A stretch of DNA of 64,000 bases, taken from Perkinsus olseni (taxonomy: Eukaryota). A program made the position numbers and the translations under genes. The stretch covers positions 1-64,000 of the forward strand of contig JABANN010000082.1 in the NCBI GenBank assembly GCA_013115125.1, in the 5' to 3' direction. Shown here piece after piece: positions 54,461 through 64,000 of this stretch (positions within the stretch are counted from its first letter, which is position 1; each line of letters opens with the position of its first letter). Under the pieces are notes generated by a model. That model did no database searches. It was not told the origin of the DNA and worked only from the letters and a program-made list of their open reading frames with translations.

Positions 54461-55642
54461 TTACTCCTCGTCCTCAGACTCGCTCTCGACGGAGGGCTGA
54501 TAGGCAGCAGTGAGCTCCTCGTAGAAAGTCTTGCCAATCTTAGAGCTCTTCTTGGCCTGCTCAGCGCGAGCACGAATGGCGGCGACCTTCTGGGCGTGGG
54601 CCTGAGTACCCTCCTGCTGGGCCTGGGCACGCAGCTTGGCGCGATGAAGAGCACCGGGGTTGAGCTTGGCCATCATCTGGCGGTTCTTAAGGGCGTTCTT
54701 CTTCTGGCCAACACGGCGAGCGGGGGCAAGAGCAGGACGGCAGACAGCCTGGACCTCCTCAGAGTTGATGATCTTGGCGACATCAGCGTTGGTCATCAAA
54801 GGCCTGGGGAGCCTGTAACCAGACTTAAGGGCAGCACCGGACCTGTAGGAACCGAAGAGCTGCTGAAGGTGGTCGAAGGCGGGCTGGGTCCAGATGATGA
54901 AGCGGCCGAAAGTGCCACCGGGGGCAACCTGCAAGAGGTTGAGACGATCGACCTGGCAGAGCTCGATGCCGGGGATGTTACGGAAGGCCTTGGTGAGACC
55001 ATCATCCTCAGAGTAGACAACGAGAGGACCACGGCGCATGACGTAACGACGGTTACGCATCTTGCCGGCACCAGCACGGATCTTCTTGGAATCCTTGACC
55101 TTCTGGAGATCGGCACCAGCACCAAGAGCCTCAAGGACGGCAATGGCCTCCTTAGTCTTCTGGACGGACTCAACACCCTGGGAGAGGACAAGAGGGAGCT
55201 CAGGAACCTCACCAATGCGATGACCACGGGCCATAACAAGAGGAGGCAAGGCAGAGGCAGCAATGGCGGAAGCCATAGCATGACGCTTCTCGGTCAAGTT
55301 AGACTTACGATGCCAGCGCCTCCAAGTCTTGAGGGGAGCGAACATACCACCACCACGGCACATGTTACCGAAGGCACCCTGACCCGAACGATGAGTACCA
55401 CCGCCAGGGACACGGGGAATACGAGACACGGCACGACCGGTACCCCAAGAAGCGGCAGCGGTCTCGTAACCGGCCTCGAACTTAACACCGCGGGCCTGAC
55501 GCTTGTTCTTGGCCATGGCGGAGTGAACGGACCTCACGAGGTCAGGCCTGAGAGGAGCCTGGAAGACGGTAGGAGCACAAGTAGTGCTGGACGACGATCC
55601 GGAGAGATCGTATACTGATACGACGGGCCGAGCGGTAGACAT
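54461..55642 (-). CDS. RPL4: 60S ribosomal protein L4 (uL4), intronless
   Basis: MSTARPVVSVY, SWGTGRAVSRIPRVPGGGTHRSGQGAFGNMCRGGGMFAPLKTWRRWHRK, GKMRNRRY, LQVAPGG; strong codon bias. Confidence 0.98.
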   Translation of the reverse strand: MSTARPVVSVYDLSGSSSSTTCAPTVFQAPLRPDLVRSVHSAMAKNKRQARGVKFEAGYETAAASWGTGRAVSRIPRVPGGGTHRSGQGAFGNMCRGGGMFAPLKTWRRWHRKSNLTEKRHAMASAIAASALPPLVMARGHRIGEVPELPLVLSQGVESVQKTKEAIAVLEALGAGADLQKVKDSKKIRAGAGKMRNRRYVMRRGPLVVYSEDDGLTKAFRNIPGIELCQVDRLNLLQVAPGGTFGRFIIWTQPAFDHLQQLFGSYRSGAALKSGYRLPRPLMTNADVAKIINSEEVQAVCRPALAPARRVGQKKNALKNRQMMAKLNPGALHRAKLRAQAQQEGTQAHAQKVAAIRARAEQAKKSSKIGKTFYEELTAAYQPSVESESEDEE

Positions 55643-55756
55643 CGTGAAGAGGTCTAATTACCTTAGAGAAATCCTCAAACGCGATGTTACAGCCGACAAT
55701 CGATAAGCTATGGGCGAGCGCTTTTTGCATTGACGCATGATACTTCTACTATGGCA

Positions 55757-57077
55757 TGGACTGTGATGATGCTATGACTGGAGGTAATAAGGCGAAGTTG
55801 TGGTTACAACACGACGTGCTTTAGGGGAGGAGTATAATGAAGATTATAGCGCATCAAAAACGCTAGTACAGACGTCAAGGTATGGATCTAGGGCACAGCA
55901 CAGTAGTGCATTAAGTGATGGTATACCCTATACAACGACACACGCTGTAGGGATACGGCTATTGTACTGGGAAGGTGTGTAGCTGATAGCATCTGATGTA
56001 GGGGAGGAGGCGAATAGGGCCATGTGGGACCGGTAAGACAGCGCGGTGTGTAAGTTACCGGCGGCAAGATGACGGGATGGGCGGTAGTAGCCTTAGTAGG
56101 AGGATATCCGACTCAAGACGACGAAGAGAGGATAGGGTGACCACTGGGCTGCTTGTTGCTATGAAGCTCCAGCTTCCCCTCTAGTAGGTGCTAGCATCGC
56201 ATTATAACAATATATGGCATATGATAAGGAGGATAAATGATGTGGACCGAAGCCGAAAGCAACAACACCGAACAGCGATGAGAAATAATAGAGATACCAG
56301 TGCAACTACCACTGTGGTATTACTGATTCTTTATCTGTGGAAAGGGTACATCGTCGTTCTTTAGCAGACTAGCGGCCAGTCCTCAGTTGGGCCTAAGAGG
56401 CTGTCGTCGTCATCAGTGAGAACCTCATGTACGAGGAGGAGTACAGTGGAAGATCATCGGGGATCACAGCATGGTAGGTCTGTTGGGGCCGATCATCATT
56501 ATCATGTGGGCTTCAGTTGAGCACGATGATCAATGGATTGGAACATTCATATCTGATGGTTTGTCGGAGTTGAAGACTAGGATTATGAGGCAGATAATTG
56601 ATAACAACCTGTCTGCTCATGAGAATTCCCTTATTGCACTATTGAAGAGGATAAGGTCCAAGCTGAAGGTAATAGTTCGTCGTGCGGGGATCGCAGAGCA
56701 CTCAATCTTAGGACAATCATCATTTATATAACATCGCTGCCGATGATTCTATTGATGAGGATAGTATCAACGTCCTCTTCAATGAGCTTGAGGATGAACT
56801 ACAGCTACCCACAGGCTCCACTGCTAATAACCCGTCACCCAATGTACAAGCAGTAAAATACTGTAGCAGCATTGCACACCGCCGGCATCCGCATGTAGTG
56901 CTCGATGAGTGAGTTCTTTCCGCACGAAGTGGGCTCTAGTATGTTCTCATCAGGCATACCCGAAATTATGCACCAGTGATAGCCGCTGTGGAGGCATCAC
57001 GGGGTGATCGTACGATTGCCGGTTGTGGACGTAGTGGGCGTACTTCTAAGCTGAGGGAGCAGTGTATGTTGGTGTAA
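55757..57077 (+). CDS. Hypothetical multi-exon protein divergent from RPL4
   Basis: Series of short exons bounded by GT/AG (MDCDDAMTG|GEEYNEDYS...|...ELKTRIMRQIIDNNL...); ends uncertain. Confidence 0.4.
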
Positions 57078-58251
57078 CGATAGGTTCTGGTGATCAAGGC
57101 TTGATGCCATCTTGGGCAACTATGGGGCATTCATCGTCATGCAGCGACGAGAAGGGTTCCACTGCCGGCGAGGACCCTTCGACGGTAAGCATATAGTGTA
57201 CCACATGCATACTGCCCGCCTTCTTGTCACCTCATGCATCATTACCCAACGCGTACATTATTACAACCACAGAACTATTTGGTTGGAGAGTGGTTACAGG
57301 CTAGTGGAAGGGTCATTTTTATTAGTACGGCTTCATCTTTATGCCATCATTATCATCATCTTCTTTCGCTCTAGTAATGCGGCGACCCTCGTGGCAGAGG
57401 GTGGTCGACTGGCATCCCAGGGAATTTACGTGCCTCCGTTGTTGCAGCTCCGGCTATGACACCACCCGCAGGTATGGATGTGGAGGTAGTAGAGTGGAAA
57501 ATGCTCGCTGCAATAACCCTCGTAGCTTCAACAACAGTTTTACTACCTTGACGCGCCCTTCTTTTCGTCAAAATCTAGGTCATCGGTGTCCGTTCGTACC
57601 TCCGCACGCAGGAGCAGACCTCTAGGGCGTGACGTGCGAGTCACGCCTGGACAGGCAGGTGCGCACAAGCTTTCCGAGACGTGACAGGTTCCGGTGGTCT
57701 GGACCACCTAGTCGAAAGATCTTCATCCGCCCACCCACCCGTTCGGGTAGTATGCTGTAACATATCTATCCTGTTTCCCAGCTAGGCGATCCGCTAGGTC
57801 GACCAGCAGCGCAATGTCACAAGCGGTTCTGAGAGATATTTAGAGATACGGGCATTTTTACACTCGCTGAGGGACGCCGCTGCCGGAGGATGGTGTCACC
57901 ATCGGGGACAATGCACCCGGATATCATCAAAGGGTAGTTCTGGCTGATGCCACCATTCATGCTGGACACTTATGTTCGGGGAGCCCGCCGCCACCTCGCG
58001 GAAGCTGCTATCCGCTACGATAGCGGCCGCCTCAAAGGGCTCATTACCCCGCACGCGTGAGCATGTCGAGATAAGCTGAGGACGTGCGTTCTTAGCGGAG
58101 CTACTCACAAGTTGTTTGTTCATTGTAGGATTCTGGCTGAATTGTTCCTGCGAGGGTCTCCTGGCATCCTATCTTTTCCTGTTATGAAATGTATTTCGTG
58201 TATATGATGGTGTCTTGCAGTTCTATCCTATCAAATCCTCTTCATCCCCGC

Positions 58252-59049
58252 ATGCCTCGCCGCCGCTGTACCAACAGGATCTATCTTACAATCTTCGTGT
58301 CGTTCGCCTACATATTGATGTCGACTCTATCGACCGATGATCGGCCCATCCTTGCTGATCATTCGGCGGGTTGCAATGGTGGTCTCGGCCCATTGGTAGG
58401 CAGCACGATCAGAGTGCAAGACTCTACGTGCGTCTATGGCATACAAGGCCGTACCGTCGATGGGCTCAATCACCGTAAGGCCGGGGTTATTCTTAAGAGT
58501 AATGACCCGGCATATGAAGGTAACTTGAAGATAGAGGTGAATATAGTAGAAGGTGCTGCCGACTCGGCCGATTCACCTAATGTTACTGTGGAGACCACAG
58601 GCTTGGCTCGTATGCTCTTTCATCATCACAACGGGATGAACTTCACCTGGCATGATAACCCTGATGATATCCTCTTCAATGGCACTGACTATGGCTCTGC
58701 ATATCCTGTAATGGCATCTAGGGTCAAGGGCTATCTGCCGGATTATTTTATATCATAAACACCCTGGCTCGGTATCCAAGGCGTTGCTACTGCCAATGGT
58801 ATGAACATCTATTATACTGTTGACACCGTGAGCCGGTCAAAGGGTCTGGTCTTGTCGGCGGAGAATAAAATCTCAAGAGTCGAGGGAGGTTGGGACTTCG
58901 ACGTTGCATTCAAGGTTGTTAGAGAAGGCCGCGAAGCACCCTTCTCCTACGTGGGGGCAATTCGCCAACGGTACCCTACTTCTCTGACCTTACCAAAGCG
59001 GTGCGCTCCAATTCTGATCTCAGGAGCTTCATTTCTCCTGCTCCCATAG
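58252..59049 (+). pseudogene. Secreted/membrane-anchored lineage-specific protein, paralogue 1, with in-frame stop
   Basis: MPRRRCTNRIYLTIFVSFAYIL signal-like start; TAA at 58756-58758 followed in the same frame by TPWLGIQGVATANGMNIYY, which is homologous to paralogue 2. Confidence 0.65.
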
Positions 59050-59273
59050 TAAACCCGTGGTAGCCGTATGGTAGTGCACCATCCGAGTTTCAGCAAAGTC
59101 TGGAACGTCCCTTGTTCTTGGCCTCGACAGTGTGCTGTCGAGGCGCTAGCTACGTAGGGCTGTAGGTTGCACGATAGGCTTCTCACTGAAAGAAATCAGC
59201 ATTCAGTGTCTCTCGGCTATCATCGTCTAATACGACCGTCCCATGTGTTGTTCAGCCCATACGCTGCTTTTGC

Positions 59274-59989
59274 ATACTCCCTTGCCGACGCAGCCAGGTC
59301 TATCAGATCCTCCTTCTATTCGCCTACTCACTCTTCTTCGCTCTCTCTACCGACGAGCTGTCTGTTACTGCAGATTTTCCTGCCAATTGCGAGGGTGGGC
59401 CGGGACTAGTAAAGGGCGGCAATATTGGTGCGTCTTCTTATTGTCTCTACCATATGTATGGACGTAACTCGGATGGGTTCTACCAAAATAGCACTGGTAT
59501 CATATTCAAGACTAATGACCCCGACCACTATGGTGACATGAAAGTTCAACTAAACGTAGTTGAAGCAGATCCTATGGAGCCGGCCAAGGTCACTGTGGAG
59601 ACTAGTGGTTGGGTTCATATGTTGAAGGAATACCCGGGCTTCAAGGGCCTGCAACAGGCGATGATCTATTCGATATCAACTCCTTTGGATATGTCCATAC
59701 TAGTATACCAGCTATAACTAGCGCTCACCATCCCGATGGTACGAAAAGTAACACCGGATGGCAGTATATCGAGGGTACAGCTGATAGGAATGGAATGAAT
59801 TTATATTACTCCGGGCCAAGTGTGAGCCTTGATGGAGAAGATACAGGTTTGACATTCAAGCTCAAACTATCAATTAATAGGGTGAGGGAAGGTTGGGAAC
59901 TTGATGTCGTCTTCGAGGCGCATCGTCGTTCTCTTAAGGGTCATGTAGCCGGTGTCTATCATATCGCGGAAGGTATTCTGTATGGCTGA
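59274..59989 (+). pseudogene. Paralogue 2 of the same family, with frameshift and no ATG at the homologous start
   Basis: ILPCRRSQVYQILLLFAYSLFFALSTDE...GIIFKTNDP...VTVETSG aligns with paralogue 1; frame change near 59655 into GDDLFDIN...NGMNLYY...INRVREGWELDVVF. Confidence 0.65.
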
Positions 59990-60672
59990 CCACCCCAAAG
60001 CGACTCGTCGCATTTCTGATCATAGGTTGAAGCTTATTTTTTTATTCTAATAACACTATCATGCTTGTGGCATGGTTTTACCTCGTCCGGATTTTAGAAA
60101 AACCTGGACCAAGCATCTTTTGTTCTCGACCCCAGTGTATTTTATCGACCTTCGGCTGATGATGCTCCGAGGTTGATCTGTACCACCCTCTCGAGGATGG
60201 TCTCTTCTAATCCGCAGCCTCCAAGCTTCAAATATCCACAAAAGCGTTGCGTACCAGTAGGCAACTAGAGCATGCCCCATTCAGGAAGATCGAACTGGCA
60301 TATGTTATGAGTTAAGATGGTATGTTGGAGACCCTGACGTGGAAGACTCATACCAGTCCCACCTCTTGGCCGGAGCCGAGTCTATCGGGGTTACTCGTTG
60401 TTGGCAGTCGGCAGTTAACGACGCAAGTGACGCATCAGCATGTCTACGCTGCGGTTCCTACATGTTCAGATCGCTAAGTTGGTGAGGCTTCACCTTGATT
60501 GGGTAGCTTGAACACAAATATAATCATAGAAATACCGGCCGAACAGGTGATAATGCCACTTCTCCTCCTCCTCATGCAGCAGCAGCAGCAGTATCCGCGG
60601 TGTGATGAATATTGAGTTGGGATAACGACAGGGTAGTAGTGATGGTGTGGTATTCGAGAGTTTATTGCCCTC

Positions 60673-63600
60673 ATGTCCTCGTCATCCTCTTCATCTAGTA
60701 GTACCGCACATCCATTAGTGAGAGGTGATGCTACTGGAGCACAAGGAGGCTCTATGCCTGTAGCAGCACTAGCTGCAGCACAGGCCATGACACCCCCTGA
60801 GGGCATGGATTTGGACACTCTTTATCATGGGGATCCTGAGGTTAACCTACAAGATTTCATACCATTGGCAGAGCGAGCAGAGGAGGCCGAGGAGAGGATA
60901 ATGAGTGGCATGAGAAAGCAGAAGAGATCTCGTAAAGTAATAACGTGGTCCCGGGGCAATAACGCCCTATTACAGCCGTATTAATGAGTTGGCCTCATAC
61001 TGAACTGTCCGAGATTTCCTGCGGCTTCCTCGCAGCCCGCGTGTCGTTATTGATATTATTATGATCAGAGTACTGCCGCGGCGGCGGGCGGGTCAGATGT
61101 GGAGATGGGAGGTAGCTGGGGGTTATGCTTAGGTCGAGTATCCGCCCACGCTCTGCTATGTATTGTGGTATGCGCACTGGTTATGCTTCAATGGCAGGTG
61201 AAGGTATACCAGGGATTGGAAGCGAAGGGGAGATGTCTTCCTGGCTAACTGATGGTGATGATGATGAAGATTATGAAGATGAAGGCGACGTTGATGCTGA
61301 CTCAAGTGGTCTATCGTCCTATGACTCCTCCGATCTTGATGATCTGCTAATGAGCAATAATGCAAGCCAATTCCTGAAGAGCAAAGCACGTCATAGAAGG
61401 AGGCGTCGTAAGAAGCTGCGCGAAAGAAAGGCTAAAGGGTAGTGCAGTGGCACCGGCAGTGGAAGTCCTGGAAGATGGTACGGGTGTACTCAGTCTCAAA
61501 CCGAAGAAACATAAACGCCCAACAGTCGCCTCTGGACCATCCAAGAAAGTTAGTCCAGAGGTCAGAGAGATGCTCGGACAGGCCAATAACGCCTTCCTTA
61601 AGCGGGATTACGAGACTGCTATTGATGATCTGAAAGTAACAGCGGCGGCGGTAGCAGTAGCAGGCACGACTCTCTGTGATTGTCAGGAAGCTATCCGCCT
61701 AGGGCCAGGCGTACCTGATCCATTCCTGACGTTGGGTCTGATCTACGAGGAAATGGGGGATGCTAAGAAAGCTCTGGAGGTCGTTAGGGTCAGCATGGAA
61801 TGGACGATGAATGTCTACGATGGTAGGTACTGTTAGTGGCAGCACATCTGACTCCCGGGGATACTCAGCTGTGGAAGAGGTTAGCGGAGAGATCGAGAGA
61901 TGGGCTAGGAAACTACACTCAGGCAGCGTAATAATCATGAGAGTGTTACTACCCTCATCTGGAGGCAAACGAACGCGACCTTGTATCACGTGTTGTCCGT
62001 GCTAGATACTGCTTCCATAGATGTTGGAGGTCTATGCAGGAAGAAGGCACTGATGAAGCTAAGTCAGTATTATGGGATATGGCTGATTGCTTTATGAAGG
62101 TCGGATAACAGCTCGGAGGTGATACGTGACTGAGATAGGGATATCGTTGATCAGATAAAGCGCTATGGGAGGGCAGCACGTTACTTGCAAATGCTCTTTG
62201 AGATGCATCCTGGAGACCTAGGTACAGTAACACGTAGCGTAGTACTCGAAAGTAGCATCAGCGACATCTATCTCAGTTATTGGGCGTATGTTATCGAAGG
62301 CCCTCTACCTGCAAGCAGACAAGCCAGCTACAGCCCGTGTATTGGAGGTATGCCTAGGGGTAGATGCTGATGGTGGTGTGAGCCATCCTGAAATCGGAAG
62401 CGGAACTGCTGAACAGCAGCCAACACCTCCACGGGACGCTGATCTGATGAACATGCTCTGTGAAGTGTAGGACGAGGGACACAATGATTCCGTGCTGCCT
62501 CTAGCATCATCGGCGATCATATCAGATACATAGACCTGAGAGAGTATGGCAAGTGCCGCAGCATACTTGGTAAATTCCTACTACCATCTACCGTATCACC
62601 AAATGACCAGCAAGCTCTGGTCACAGCCCTCAGTGTTCAACCGATAGATCTAGTCGTTAAACTCGGTGTTGCAGAGGCCTATCATCATGCCCAGATAGGT
62701 AGTGATGAATATCAGTATATATCACATCAACAGCATCCTCCTTTGACCCAGGTGCAGCAGGTCGACGATCCTCTGGTACTGCCAGAACAACAGAAGAGGC
62801 ATTAGCACTGAGTAAACAAGAACCAACTGTAGCCGCTAGTGTACTGGCTAAGGCATGCTGTGGAGTACTGCTGATGGCAGCAGCACAAGAGATGGAGGAC
62901 AGTGGTGGTAATGAGAGGGGCATGATATCTGGTTGTAGTAGTGCTGATAGCATTGTGGTATGGTGGTCGTGGTGTAGGCCGTAGCCCTACTGGTTTGGAG
63001 GATCTTCATCTACAATTGGCTGATGCTATGCACGATAATGGTCATACTGAAGAGGCATTAGAGTTGTTAGTAGCTTTAGCACAGCCTGGAAAGGTTATAG
63101 ACCCAGTACACGCTAAAACGTTGTGTGGGAGGATAGGAAAGTAATACCAAAAGGAGCGCACGGGCATCATAAGCTGGGTCTGACTCCTCCTTTAGTTATT
63201 ATTACGCCCTTGGTGATATTGAGAATGCTGGTAAATATCTGGAGAGGGCAGTGGAGACCAAAGCTATCAATGCGGCGAAGCTGTCACAGGATGACGGAGG
63301 AGATGCTACTTCGACTACTGTATCTCAGCAACAGAACGATCCTACTGTACTACCGATACCACTCTTCCCGCAGCTCAATCACCAGTTTTCGCATCAGGTA
63401 CTGGTACAGCTATCCGACATATGGCGTAGACTTGGCAGGAGTGCTGATGCTGATAGACTCTTGTTGGAGAGTTTGAGCTATGAAGATTTATTAATGTGTA
63501 GAAGCCTACCCAGGGCTCATAGTACAAAGGAGAGGAAGACAGCGTAATGATACTCCCTCCCTGATTGTTAGTGCTGATTGGTGTATCTATCAGATACAAC

Positions 63601-64000
63601 GCTTTGATGGCAATATTGGATAGTGATGAATTAGATGTGAGCAGAGATGCCTCCCTGGAGGTACCACCGGAAGTGCAGGATAAGAGGTTGAAGTGGGGAC
63701 CTTACTGACAGTACGATCATACTCTTATCTCCGTTGTGCCGCTGTTAGATTCGCTTCGGCATGGATAAGTCTGATGAGGGATTGTGAGTTGGATAACCAG
63801 CGTGCTGTGAGGGTGATGAAGGGTCCATGTACTGTTTACCTCAGTCATGATGATTGTCGTCCCTCAGTATCGCAGAAGCCAATATCCGCAGTATTTCACG
63901 ACTGGAGGTGCTGGTGGTAGCCATCCTATGAGCCCTACTAAGAAGGGGAGCCGCAAGGGAGGAGGCTCTACACCCAAACAGCAACACAGTGAAACAACAC
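60673..64000 (+). CDS. GTF3C3: Transcription factor IIIC TPR subunit (tau131/Tfc4-like), runs off window end
   Basis: Acidic region then RHRRRRRKK, EVREMLGQANNAF..RDYETAI..L.EAIRLGPGVPDPFLTLGLIYEEMGD..KAL, AAHLTPGDTQLWKRLA. Confidence 0.75.

Noticed and set aside
54071-55618. 515-aa ORF antisense to RPL4
   Set aside because: Shadow ORF explained by the strong codon bias of RPL4; no recognisable protein features.
59640-59670. Programmed AGG-type frameshift as in Perkinsus mitochondria
   Set aside because: Nuclear context, and the AGG is not in frame at the shift; an indel is the simpler explanation.

Overview
Gene-dense eukaryotic protist genomic DNA. The very short (~40-60 nt) GT-AG introns, abundant CAT/GAT/CAG microsatellites and alveolate-like housekeeping proteins suggest a Perkinsus-like alveolate; that assignment is inference only. 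Most ORF-track entries are single exons or shadow ORFs. About 30 genes can be reconstructed by eye. Recognisable ones are RPL4, PKA catalytic subunit, a CDK-like kinase, ATG5, ALG13, eIF3j, ADAL, an FG-nucleoporin, a TFIIIC TPR subunit (partial), a JmjC/cupin-4 protein, a ProX-type tRNA editing protein, an F-box protein, a RING-H2 protein and an acyltransferase-3. Genes lie mainly in unidirectional blocks. The most unusual features are: (1) a composite non-coding element at 215-856, with two exactly collinear ~200 bp copies of 13-bp-period palindromes flanking a tRNA-like Pol III head; (2) a predicted acylated TIR-like/SH3-like/pseudo-MAP3K/SH3 protein; (3) a PPAT-HD hydrolase fusion; (4) an oversized, highly structured intron in the CDK gene; (5) a tandem pair of secreted-type paralogues, each with a different disabling lesion. 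Gene boundaries are manual splice reconstructions and approximate. No database searches were run.
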